Assembly (NCBI GenBank): GCA_041675005.1
Contig: JBAYUQ010000011.1
Location: forward strand, 15,270 to 79,269
DNA: 64,000 nucleotides
Reading direction: 5' to 3'
Source: Candidatus Kapaibacterium sp.
GTDB taxonomy: Bacteria > Bacteroidota > Ignavibacteria > Kapaibacteriales > UBA2268
Part shown: one piece after another, positions 9,243 to 19,900 of the stretch
How positions within the stretch are numbered: the stretch's first letter is position 1
Layout of the letters: the number at the start of each line of letters is the position of its first letter
Position numbers and translations under genes: made by a program
The notes under the pieces: model-generated
Told to the model about the DNA's origin: nothing
The model's database searches: none
What the model saw: the letters and a program-made list of their open reading frames with translations, nothing else

Positions 9243-9393
9243 TGTAAAACCTTAGAATTGTGGAAAACTTCCTTTATGCTATCTCAAATATATGATAATT
9301 ATGAATATAATGCAAATGAAAATGTTAACAAACTCAATTATCTTGTAATCGTTTTATAACTTTTGAGACGTATTCAATACGTCTTTACACTGC

Positions 9394-10182
9394 TTATAAG
9401 CACCCCAATCTACCACCATCTACAGGCAGATTCACACCATTAATATATGCTGCAGCAGGAGAAGCTAGGAATGCAACGGCATTAGCTACTTCTTCCGGGT
9501 CAGCAAATCGAGCTGCTGGGATAGTGGCAAGCATTTCCGTTTCTACTTCCCCCTCCCCTATTTCACGATTTTCGGCTTTCTTTGCTATTAAGCTCTCTAG
9601 CCGTCCAGTCATAGTGAATCCAGGTAATACATTATTCACAGTTATACCATACATTGCTATTTCGTTAGCTAATGTCTTTGACCAACTCGCCATAGCACCA
9701 CGAACAGTATTGGATACACCAAGACCTGAAATTGGGACTTTAACTGAAGTTGATATGATATTTACTATTCTACCATAGCGGCTATCTTTCATTCCTTCGA
9801 ACAATGTTTGAACAAGATAATGACTGCATTTGAGATGCATATCGAAACCTCGATAGAATGCATCTACATCTGCATTTAATAAGGCACCAGCTGGTGGACC
9901 ACCAGTGTTATTAACTAGAATCTGAATATTTCCATTCTTACTTATATACTCTACTGCCGAATCTCTTACTTGTTCGGGATTAGAAAAATCGGCGACTATA
10001 TAGTCATGCTTTTGCCAATGATGGACGGGAAGTTCGCTCAGTACCTTTTTCAGTTTATCTTCGGAACGAGCCATTAATACTACGTTTGCACCTAATGTTG
10101 CAAGCTCAAATGCTGATGCTTTACCTATTCCATCTGTTCCGCCACAAACCAATGCTGTTTTACCTTTAAGTTCTAAGTTCAT
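9394..10182 (-). CDS. SDR-family oxidoreductase (FabG-like fold)
   Basis: 262 aa with the motifs LKGKTALVCGGTDGIGKA and NNTGG. At the usual YxxxK position I read SNTVR, so it may belong to an SDR-like subgroup lacking the classical Tyr/Lys. Confidence 0.75.
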   Translation of the reverse strand: MNLELKGKTALVCGGTDGIGKASAFELATLGANVVLMARSEDKLKKVLSELPVHHWQKHDYIVADFSNPEQVRDSAVEYISKNGNIQILVNNTGGPPAGALLNADVDAFYRGFDMHLKCSHYLVQTLFEGMKDSRYGRIVNIISTSVKVPISGLGVSNTVRGAMASWSKTLANEIAMYGITVNNVLPGFTMTGRLESLIAKKAENREIGEGEVETEMLATIPAARFADPEEVANAVAFLASPAAAYINGVNLPVDGGRLGCL

Positions 10183-10366
10183 TTTTTTCTCAATTTATAA
10201 TACTAAAAAGTCAATATAAGAATTATAGTTGTATTTGGTGGACAAAAGGAGAAGAAATTTTAAATTATTGCTAATTATTTCTTATTATGTACATTGTGCA
10301 TACACCAATTACTGAAAAAAAACTTATGTCTTATTCGTTCAGTATGATACTAGATAAGAGGGTACT

Positions 10367-12340
10367 TTGAGATATTCACTTCTCATAGTATTCTTTGTAG
10401 CTATTGCTATAATCACAACCCCTCTCCAATCACAAAATAGAGAGCAGGCAAAGCTTGAATTATTGAACGAAAAACTAAAAACAGCAGTAGAAGACACAAA
10501 CAAAGTAACGCTCCTCAATCTGATGTCATTCCAATATAACTCGATAGACCCTGAACTTGGAATCAAATACGGCAAACAATCTCTAGAATTAGCCGAAAAA
10601 CTAAATTGGCAAACCGGAATTGCAAAATCATATAATTCAATAGGTGGTAATCTATATGCTTTAGGCAATTTCGAAGAGGCACTCAATTATTTCAAAAAAG
10701 CTCTAAAGCTAAACGAAGAGCGCAAGGATAAACAAGGTATTGCTAAAAATTTGAGTAATATCGGGAATATATATTATAATCTATCGAACTATTCTATTGC
10801 ATTGAACTATTACCAGAAAGCATTGAAGATTGATATAGAGATTGGTGAGAAGGAAGGCGAAGCAGATAATAACGGTAATATCGGGAATATATATAGTGAT
10901 CTTACCAATTATAAAAGTGCACTAAAGTACTATAGTAAAGCTTTAAAAATACACGAACAGATAAACAACAGACGCGGTATCGCAACTATTCTCGGTAATA
11001 TGGGTACAGCTTATCTCGACTCAAAGCAATATGACAAGGCACTAACGAATTTCAGCAAAGCATTAGAACTATGGGAACTTTTTGGAAATAAATTCGGAAT
11101 AGCTACTAATCTTGGAAATATTGCTAATACTTATAATTATCTTTCAGATTATCAGTTAGCTATAACTAATTATGAGAAAGCACTTGCTATTAATGAGGAA
11201 ATAGGAAACAAGTTCGGAAGTGCTGCTATAATGGGTAATATGGGTGGACTATATTACAACCTAACACGGGATACAGTAATATCTAAGTTGAAGGAAAAGA
11301 ATAGTACAATTCTTTTGGACAAAGAATACAATATAGAACGATCAATCAAATACAGTGAAAAAGCAACAGAACTCGCAGAATTAATCGGCTCTAAGGATAT
11401 GCTCAGAGAATTCTACGGATATTTGGAAAAGGCATACGCACTTAAAGGCGATTTTAAAATGGCACACACTTTTCAAAAGAAGTGGATTGAATTGAGAGAT
11501 TCTATTTTCAGTGTTCAGAAAACAAAAGAAATAGCAAAGCTAGAGGCAACAAAGCAAGGTGAGTTAAATGAGAAAGAAATCAAATTAAGAGATTTGGAAC
11601 TTTCTCGTAAGAGCAATGAGCAATATGTACTAATTCTCGGATTTGGTGGGGCTGCTATTATGCTCTTACTTGTCTTTTTCGAAAGACGAAAGTCAGAGAA
11701 ACTATTATTGAATATCCTCCCTGCGAAAATTGCAAAACGATTAAAGAATAATGAAAAAAGAATAGCGGATAGATTCGAAAATACAGCTATTATATTTCTT
11801 GATATAGTTGGGTTTACTAGCTTTTCGAAGGACACTGACCCTGTGAAAGTAGTATCTGTACTTAACGAAATATTCACAAAGTTTGATAGTTTGACCAAAA
11901 AGTACGGTCTAGAAAAAATTAAGACAATTGGTGATTGCTATATGGCAGCAGCTGGTTTACCAGAACCGCACCCACATCCTATACTATCAACTGCCAAATT
12001 TGCACTTGATGCTCAAAGATTAATGCGAGATTACACGACGAAAGAAGGGCATAAGCTTAATTTCAGAATAGGAATTGATGCTGGACCAGTAGTGGCAGGA
12101 GTAATCGGTGAGCGTAAATTTAGCTATGATTTATGGGGCGATGCTGTAAACACTGCATCCCGTATGGAAAGCACAGGACTACCTAATGAGATACAAGTAA
12201 CTGAGAATTTTGCAAAAAGTCTAGCTGGTTATAATATAACTTGTGAAGAACGTGGCGAAATAAATATAAAAGGTAAGGGTTTAATAAAGACTTATTTACT
12301 CAAAGATCAAACCATTCGAAATAAAAGGTCGGGTAAATAA
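10367..12340 (+). CDS. TPR-repeat sensor / class III adenylate cyclase, tandem paralog 1
   Basis: 657 aa: signal peptide, about 8 TPR units (A...Y.KALKI.E..G), a coiled coil, one TM (YVLILGFGGAAIMLLLVFF), then a cyclase domain (FLDIVGFTSFS, KIKTIGDCYMAAAGLP, FSYDLWGDAVNTASRMESTG). The Lys in KTIGD and the Asp in YDLWG indicate ATP specificity. Confidence 0.88.
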   Translation: MRYSLLIVFFVAIAIITTPLQSQNREQAKLELLNEKLKTAVEDTNKVTLLNLMSFQYNSIDPELGIKYGKQSLELAEKLNWQTGIAKSYNSIGGNLYALGNFEEALNYFKKALKLNEERKDKQGIAKNLSNIGNIYYNLSNYSIALNYYQKALKIDIEIGEKEGEADNNGNIGNIYSDLTNYKSALKYYSKALKIHEQINNRRGIATILGNMGTAYLDSKQYDKALTNFSKALELWELFGNKFGIATNLGNIANTYNYLSDYQLAITNYEKALAINEEIGNKFGSAAIMGNMGGLYYNLTRDTVISKLKEKNSTILLDKEYNIERSIKYSEKATELAELIGSKDMLREFYGYLEKAYALKGDFKMAHTFQKKWIELRDSIFSVQKTKEIAKLEATKQGELNEKEIKLRDLELSRKSNEQYVLILGFGGAAIMLLLVFFERRKSEKLLLNILPAKIAKRLKNNEKRIADRFENTAIIFLDIVGFTSFSKDTDPVKVVSVLNEIFTKFDSLTKKYGLEKIKTIGDCYMAAAGLPEPHPHPILSTAKFALDAQRLMRDYTTKEGHKLNFRIGIDAGPVVAGVIGERKFSYDLWGDAVNTASRMESTGLPNEIQVTENFAKSLAGYNITCEERGEINIKGKGLIKTYLLKDQTIRNKRSGK

Positions 12341-12341
12341 A

Positions 12342-14285
12342 TTGATGAATAAAATGTACATATTCCATATCTTAATCTTATACTTTTTGATGACAACTCC
12401 TTTAGTGCCTTCTAACAAAGGTGAGAAGACAATTGACTCGCTAATGTCCAGATTATCTAATATAAAGGATGATACTAACAAAGTCAATTTGCTTTGTTCA
12501 TTATCAGCAAACTTCTACACTATAAGTCCAGACTCTGGGATAAAATATGCCGATTTAGCAAATAATCTATCCGGGAAAATAGGGTGGGAGAAGGGTAAAG
12601 CTAAGGCATATAATAACCTAGGCGTTAACAATTCGATTAAAAGTAATAACAATGAAGCTGTTACTTACTTTAAAAAAGCATTAAATATATACAAGGAACT
12701 AGGTCAAAAAGAAGGTATATCTCAACAACTTGGGAACCTTGGCATAGCGAGTATGAATCTATCAAACTTTACGGCCGCACTTGATTATTACCAACAGGCA
12801 CTTAAAATAGCCGAGAAAGATGGTATAAAAGCCAGTATAGCTAGACAAAATGGTAATATAGGAATAGTATATACATATCTGAAAGATTATAATAAGGCAT
12901 TAAAATATTATAGAAAATCTTTAGAGTTTACCGAAAAGCAGATAGAGAAGGATAAAATCTCAAAACTATTTGGAAATATTGCTTGGAACTATACTTTTTT
13001 AAAAGATTATGATAAGGCATTGGACTACTACCAGCGTGCCTTAGAACTAGACGAAGAATTAGGTAATGTCAAAAGTATAGCTATTCGATTAGGCAATATT
13101 GGCATTTTATATTGGGAAATGCTAGACTATGCTAAAGCTTATGATTACTATCATCGAGCATTGAAAATGAATGAAGAGATTGCTAGTAAAGGCGGTGTGG
13201 CCGTCAATCTTGGAAATCTGGCAGCATTACACTTTATCTTATCCCAAGATAGTGTGATTCAAAATTTAAAATCGAAGAATACAAATTTCAATTTAGATCG
13301 AAATTATAATTTAATAAAAGCAATAGAATATGCACATATGTCTAAAGATTTATCGCTAGAAATAGGTGATAAAAGACAGTTGATGGAAGTATATAGTACT
13401 TTAGATAAAGCAAATGAATCTATAGGGAATTATGAGAATGCTTATAAATATCAAACCCGATGGGCTAACATAAAAGACTCTATATTCAGCGTAGAGAAGA
13501 CTACCGAAATTGCTAACTTAGAAGCCAAAAAAGAAAATGAGATAAAAGAAAAAGAGCTGACGCTAAAGGATTTGGAATTACTCAGAAAGGTAAATGAACA
13601 GACAGCTCTTTTCGTTGGTTTGGCTGCAGTAGTGATATTACTAATCGTTATATTTATGCAACGCCGTAAATCAGAGAAATTACTTCTGAATATAATGCCA
13701 GAAAAAATTGCAAAAAGATTAAAAAGAAATGAGAAAAATATTGCCGATAGATTTGAGGAAGTCTCAATTATATTTGTGGATATAGTTGGCTTTACTTCCT
13801 ATTCTAGAGGGACCGAACCAGAGGAAATAGTATCAGCATTGAATGATATTTTCACTAGGTTTGATATACTATCTATAAAGCATGGACTAGAGAAAATAAA
13901 AACCATTGGTGATTGTTATATGGCAGTAGCTGGATTACCAGAACCACACGATAACCACACCCTGGCAACTGCTCGATTCGCACTAGAGGCAAAAGACTTG
14001 ATGCATAACTATGTAACTCCTGATGGACATAAATTGCTATTCAGAATTGGTATAGACGAAGGGCCTGTAGTAGCAGGAGTAATTGGTGAATCAAAGTTCA
14101 GCTATGATCTATGGGGTGATGCAGTTAATATGGCTTCTAGAATGGAAAGTACTGGTTTGCCAAATGAGATACAAGTTACCGAAAACTTTATAAATGAAGT
14201 AAAAGACTTCGGTATAAAGTACACGGAACGTGGCGAAGTAGAAATCAAAGGAAAAGGTAAGGTTACGACTTATCTACTTAAATAA
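12342..14285 (+). CDS. TPR-repeat sensor / class III adenylate cyclase, tandem paralog 2
   Basis: 647 aa with the same architecture: FVDIVGFTSYS, KIKTIGDCYMAVAGLP, FSYDLWGDAVNMASRMESTG. The true start may be the ATG at 12345 or 12354. Confidence 0.88.
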   Translation: MMNKMYIFHILILYFLMTTPLVPSNKGEKTIDSLMSRLSNIKDDTNKVNLLCSLSANFYTISPDSGIKYADLANNLSGKIGWEKGKAKAYNNLGVNNSIKSNNNEAVTYFKKALNIYKELGQKEGISQQLGNLGIASMNLSNFTAALDYYQQALKIAEKDGIKASIARQNGNIGIVYTYLKDYNKALKYYRKSLEFTEKQIEKDKISKLFGNIAWNYTFLKDYDKALDYYQRALELDEELGNVKSIAIRLGNIGILYWEMLDYAKAYDYYHRALKMNEEIASKGGVAVNLGNLAALHFILSQDSVIQNLKSKNTNFNLDRNYNLIKAIEYAHMSKDLSLEIGDKRQLMEVYSTLDKANESIGNYENAYKYQTRWANIKDSIFSVEKTTEIANLEAKKENEIKEKELTLKDLELLRKVNEQTALFVGLAAVVILLIVIFMQRRKSEKLLLNIMPEKIAKRLKRNEKNIADRFEEVSIIFVDIVGFTSYSRGTEPEEIVSALNDIFTRFDILSIKHGLEKIKTIGDCYMAVAGLPEPHDNHTLATARFALEAKDLMHNYVTPDGHKLLFRIGIDEGPVVAGVIGESKFSYDLWGDAVNMASRMESTGLPNEIQVTENFINEVKDFGIKYTERGEVEIKGKGKVTTYLLK

Positions 14286-14293
14286 GGAATAGA

Positions 14294-16387
14294 ATGAAAT
14301 TTAGAGTTTTGCTTTTATTATTTACTTTAACTATATCTATACAATCTCTTTTGTCACAAAAGCAAGGGCAAGAGAAGTTAGATTCATTACTCAAGGTATT
14401 GCCAAAGGCGAAGAATGATACAGCACATGTGAGTTTATTGGCCGAATTATCTAAAAGTATTCAAGCCACTAACCCTGATAAAGGTATTAAGTATGGGGAA
14501 AGAGGTGTTAAACTAGCCAGCCAATTAGATTGGGAACAAGGGATTGCAGATAACAATGTTTCCATCGGTTTAAACTATGCTTTAGGCAAATCAGATTTTA
14601 CAAAAGGGAAGTTATACTTTGATAAAGCCCTAAAGACTTACGAAGATTTAGATCTCAAACTAGAACTAGGTAAGACTTTAGTAAACATTGGTATAGTTTA
14701 TCAAAATCAATCATTATACGATAAAGCTATTGAGAATTATGAAAAGGCATTAGATATATTCGATAGATTAAAAGACAAAGAAAGAATAGCAAGTACATTG
14801 GGCAATATAGGTTTTGTATATAGAAGTCAATCTGATTATGCCAATGCCTTAGAATACTATCAAAGATCGCTATCTATGTTCGAAAAACTTGGGAATAAGA
14901 GTGGAATTGCCACTAACCTCGGTAACATAGGGATGATTTATGATTATCAAAGTGATTTCACAAGAGCTCTAGAATACTACAACAAAGCCATTGAATTAAA
15001 GCAAGAGTTGGGGGATAAAACTGGTGAAGCAGCATTATTATCTAATATCGGTTTGGTCTATTATTTTAAGAGTGATTATCCTCATGCCTTGGAATATCTT
15101 CAAAAGTCAGTAGATATATTTGATGATATTGGAAATAAATATGGAGTTGCATCTATACTTGGAAATATAGGTATCATTTATCAGAAGCAAAATGAGTTTT
15201 CGAAAGCATTAGAAAACTATAAAGAAGCTGTTAATATATATGACGAGTTGGGTAATAAATCTAGTTTAGCTAGCAATCTTGGCAATATAGGTGAGTTCTA
15301 TTATAACATATCACAAGACTCGGTAATAGTTAAAATAACAGAAGTTACAAACTATATCAGTACTAACAAACAAGTCAACTTAGAACGATCAATATCTTAC
15401 TATAATCAAGCAATAAAACTACTAGAGGAAATAGGTGAACTAGACACACGTTCAAGATTCCTGAAAGGTCTTTCTGACTCTTATAAACTCAAAGGGGATT
15501 ACGCCAAATCGCTTGAGTCTTTCAAAGCTTATATTAGTTTAAAAGATTCAGTATTTACTGAAAAAACTCAAACTCGTATAGCTAACCTAGAAGCTATAAG
15601 AGAAAACGAAATAAAAGACAAAGAACTAGAGATAAAGAACAGAGAAAACGAGATACAGAACCTAGAGATAACTAAAGCTAAAAATGAGAGATGGGCATTT
15701 ATAGGAGGTGCAATTGGGATAGCACTTATCGCAATATTAGTTTTCAGACAAAGACAAAGGTCAGAAAAGTTATTGCTTAATATTCTTCCTTTGAAAATAG
15801 CTAAAAGATTAAAGAGAAAAGAACGACTTATCGCTGATGATATAGAGTGTGCTAGTATAGTATTTATTGACTTAGTCGGCTTTACTGCCTACTCTAAAGA
15901 TAGAAAAGCATCAGATGTATTACAGATGTTGAACGATGTGTTCCACGAGATAGACGGCCTAATAGTAAAATACGGTCTAGAGAAAATTAAAACTATTGGT
16001 GATGGGTATATGGCTGCGGCTGGAGTTCCCGAGCCGTGTGATGACCATTCCGTTAGAGCAACGAACTTCTCACTTGATGTACATATAGTTCTGAAAGAAA
16101 TTAACGCAAAAATGAATACCGATATACGTGCGAGAGTTGGTATAGAATCAGGTCCAATTGTAGCCGGCGTAATCGGAGAAATGAAATTTGCTTATGACCT
16201 ATGGGGAGATTCAGTAAACACCGCATCGAGAATGGAGTCAACTGGAACTCCTGGGTTAGTGCATATATCATCAAATGTAAAAAGGGAACTAGATGGACAG
16301 AATCATAATTTCAAGTTCGATGAACTACCGCCGATGGAAGTAAAAGGAAAGGGCGAAATGATTACATATATGGTTCATAGAAAGTAG
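14294..16387 (+). CDS. TPR-repeat sensor / class III adenylate cyclase, tandem paralog 3
   Basis: 697 aa with the same architecture: FIDLVGFTAYS, KIKTIGDGYMAAAGVP, FAYDLWGDSVNTASRMESTG. Confidence 0.88.
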   Translation: MKFRVLLLLFTLTISIQSLLSQKQGQEKLDSLLKVLPKAKNDTAHVSLLAELSKSIQATNPDKGIKYGERGVKLASQLDWEQGIADNNVSIGLNYALGKSDFTKGKLYFDKALKTYEDLDLKLELGKTLVNIGIVYQNQSLYDKAIENYEKALDIFDRLKDKERIASTLGNIGFVYRSQSDYANALEYYQRSLSMFEKLGNKSGIATNLGNIGMIYDYQSDFTRALEYYNKAIELKQELGDKTGEAALLSNIGLVYYFKSDYPHALEYLQKSVDIFDDIGNKYGVASILGNIGIIYQKQNEFSKALENYKEAVNIYDELGNKSSLASNLGNIGEFYYNISQDSVIVKITEVTNYISTNKQVNLERSISYYNQAIKLLEEIGELDTRSRFLKGLSDSYKLKGDYAKSLESFKAYISLKDSVFTEKTQTRIANLEAIRENEIKDKELEIKNRENEIQNLEITKAKNERWAFIGGAIGIALIAILVFRQRQRSEKLLLNILPLKIAKRLKRKERLIADDIECASIVFIDLVGFTAYSKDRKASDVLQMLNDVFHEIDGLIVKYGLEKIKTIGDGYMAAAGVPEPCDDHSVRATNFSLDVHIVLKEINAKMNTDIRARVGIESGPIVAGVIGEMKFAYDLWGDSVNTASRMESTGTPGLVHISSNVKRELDGQNHNFKFDELPPMEVKGKGEMITYMVHRK

Positions 16388-16388
16388 G

Positions 16389-16733
16389 ATGAAAGAACGA
16401 TATAAATCTAAGGAATTTGTTCTTACTTTGTATATCTCCGCTATTATTCTAGTTTGCATATACAAACTGATAGAAATAATAGTAGAGTTCAATAGGCAAA
16501 CTAGCTACAACAATACTTCTGATATGACAGAATATGAGTGGGGATATTTGGCTATCTTCTTAGTCGTTTGTCTTATTATCTACGAGCTACTTATGTTCGC
16601 TTGGTCACTTATACTATTGAAAGAAAATCATCTACTAGAAAAAGGAAAATTTTCATTTATTATATTACTTTTCACTTCTTCTTTACCTATTCTACTTCTA
16701 ATACGATTATACTATTTACAGAATTTCAGCTAG
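16389..16733 (+). CDS. small membrane protein (about 3 TM), hypothetical
   Basis: 114-aa ORF starting 1 nt after the stop of cyclase 3, with three long hydrophobic segments. No recognisable motif. Confidence 0.5.
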   Translation: MKERYKSKEFVLTLYISAIILVCIYKLIEIIVEFNRQTSYNNTSDMTEYEWGYLAIFLVVCLIIYELLMFAWSLILLKENHLLEKGKFSFIILLFTSSLPILLLIRLYYLQNFS

Positions 16734-16934
16734 CCCTATCTACTATCTACCCATCCAATATATTAATTATTTTTAATATTTCAGAGCTGATAATTATTCC
16801 AATTGAATGAAATATCAGCATTTCGGAAGTCCAAATTAAAAATATTTAACAATTTTTTGTATTATGTATTGCAATTTTTTTATAAGTTGTAGTATCTATA
16901 AAAGTAATTCTTATTTATAATCTTAGAGGTATTC

Positions 16935-19900
16935 GTGAAAAATCTATTACTCAATTTAGGGGAACTCCCTAGTAAACTAAAGTACTTTACGTACTTACTC
17001 GCCGTCTTCTCGTTGCTGGTAATACCCACCAACGAAGCATATTCGCAACTAACATACAGTATAAGCAAAAGCAATAACGCCCCCACTCCTATTCAATCGG
17101 GGCAACCATTTACTTATACAATTACATATAATTGGTCGGGTGGTGCACCTGGTACATTATATATACAAGACGTAGTACCAGGAGCGTTAGATGTACTAAG
17201 TGCATTGCCATCGAGCCCTATTTCGACAATTTCAGGTAATACTGTAACTTTTGCTTTAACTGGATTAACAAACCCTAGTGGTTCTGGTACAGTTCAGATA
17301 AATGCACGGTTCAAACCTGGGGTCACCTGCGAAGGAGTTGAAGTTTGTAACGTAGCTCAGATATCAGACGATTTGAAGAGCAATGACTGGATCAAATCTA
17401 ACTCAAATTGTGTTATTTCTGATAAGCCAGAAAATAAATGGCAATTGAAAAAAGAAAAAATAGCAGGATGTGCTATTGATGATGAAGTCGTTTATAGAAT
17501 ATGCATAACTTCGCCTAGTGGTTCTGATATAGGTGGTTTAAACCTTTATATTGATTCTTTTGAAGATTTACTTCCAGCTGGAGCGGAAATCATAGATGTA
17601 AATGGAAGTTGGACTGGACCTGATGGAGTAACTTCGACAGGTACTTGGATTGGTTTAACTGGTGGTCCATTGGTACTAACTGTGAACCCTTACCCCGTTT
17701 GGTATTGTACTTATATAAGAGTTAAATACCCTTCTCCTACATTTAGCGTAGGTGATACAGTGAAGAATATAGCTAAATTAACTTATCACACCGCTTGTGA
17801 TGATGAGCCAAAAGTTTGGCAAGATACTGTATCAACTATCCTTTGTGAAGGTGTCTCCATGGGCGTATTAAATAAATACTTTGCTTATAATATTTCATTC
17901 TACAACAACCCATTTTGGTACCCTACATTCGCACCAGGTTGCTGCGGCGAATATAGATTATGGTACAGAAATATAGGAACACTTGCTCAAAGTCCTGTAG
18001 TTATAGAAGATACTCTTTCAGGAGATGTTGATGTAAATGTTATACAGACAGATATTCCCAATGACATAGCTATATTACCTGTTACAGTTGAGGTTTATAC
18101 GTGGAATGGTTCAAGCTGTAACACCATTCCTGCGGCAACATTCACATACACTACTGTAGGCGCAAAAGTAGAATCTACTCTTCCTGCCGATATATGCAGA
18201 ATAAAGTGGACTTATGATACTATACCCGTTAATACAATAGTAAGAGAGTACTTAGATGTTTGTGCTAGAACAACAAACTTCAAAACTGGTATTCCTTTAA
18301 CTCCAGGGTATATAGCCAACAACCCGATGGCGGTTCACGCTGATACATTACACCTATTTGATGAGGTGGATACTCCAGTTGATACAACTGCACCTAATGT
18401 AGTAGCCGTTAAGCTATTTACAGGCGAATGTGACGGTGGTGTAATTAACCCTAATGGTCCATTTATGCCGGGTGATACTGTTCGTTATAGAATGGCTGTT
18501 GCAAACGTAGGTAATCTGGACGCTAGTCTTGCTACAATAGCTGATATACTACCAACAGGATTTACTTATGTAGGTAATGAAAGCTATTTCTATGGTACTT
18601 TCAACTATAATGTGAACCCTTATAATCCGAATTGTAGTACATTTAGTTCAACTATACCGACACAAGTCGGTGGCTCGATAACTACTCCATCTGTTGGGGA
18701 CAATAGCTTATTGTGGAGCTTCCCAGTTCTACCGGCTAATTGTGATGGCTCAGTGGAGTTCTTCTTAATTGAATTCGACGTGGCACTTTCAGAAGATCCA
18801 CCAGTATTGGCTGGTCAGCATCAGAATACATTTGATTTCGATGCTAATAACTCACCTATTGTAACATCAAACATAGCTATAATGACAGTTAATGCTATAG
18901 CACAGTTGCAAACTAAGAAAGAAGTTCGGCTAAAAGGCTCTGGTAATGCTTGGGCAAATATTGCAAATATACCTCAAGGACAAACAGCTGAGTATAAACT
19001 AAGCGTTATAAACACTGGTAATACTCCACTTACTCAAATTTGCTTGCTCGATATAGCACCTTGGGTTGGAGATATTAGCGTATTACCTCCTTATAGCCCT
19101 AGAAATAGTCAGTTCGACTTACCTTATAATCCTGCTGATGGAGCAATTACTATTACTCCTGCTGGATTTACTACTACTTACAACACTTCTACAGTTGGTA
19201 TTCAGAAGAATCCATCTCGTACAAATGAGTGTGGAGGTTTCTGTGGTATTGCTGATCCAGTTGGTGCACTTGCTGGAACTTGGGGCGCATCCGCTAATAC
19301 TTATTCTTACAAAGTCAATGCTAACTCAAGTGTTTCACTTGCTGCTGGTGCTACTTTAGAAATATTAGTTCCTTCAACTATTCCTAGTACTACAGCTGTG
19401 AATGATACTGCATGCAATTCATTTGCTATACAGTCTGTTCCAGCTGGTTTACCTAACGTCTGCTTATCAACAGAATCTAACAAAGCATGTGTAGTAGCAA
19501 AGGAAAAAGAAGACGACCCTTGTCTAATAGTTGAGAGAGTACTAGTAGATTGTAAGAAAGTTGATGCTGATGGAAACCAGATTTATGGTCTGACTTTACT
19601 ACTACAAAGTAATCTAACATATACAACGACTGTTAACTTGACTTCTACTAATGCTAACTTCTTTAATATAGCTCCTATTACGTTGCCACCAGCGACGATG
19701 ACGACTATATTGTCTGACTTTACTTCTTCAGCTTCAGCTGGAGACACTGTTTGCTTTATTATAGAGTTGAAAGATAAAGAGCAAAGAACAGTTTGTAAAA
19801 AAGAAGTATGTATCGTTATTCCTGATTGCACGGATGATGATTGTTTGATATTAGAAAGAGCAAAAGTTGACTGTAAAGGTTTAGACCAGAAAGGAAATCA

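Noticed and set aside
10339-10686. 115-aa minus-strand ORF overlapping the start of the first cyclase gene.
   Set aside because: It runs antisense to a strongly supported TPR-coding frame, and its low-complexity Ser/Phe-rich translation is typical of the reverse frame.
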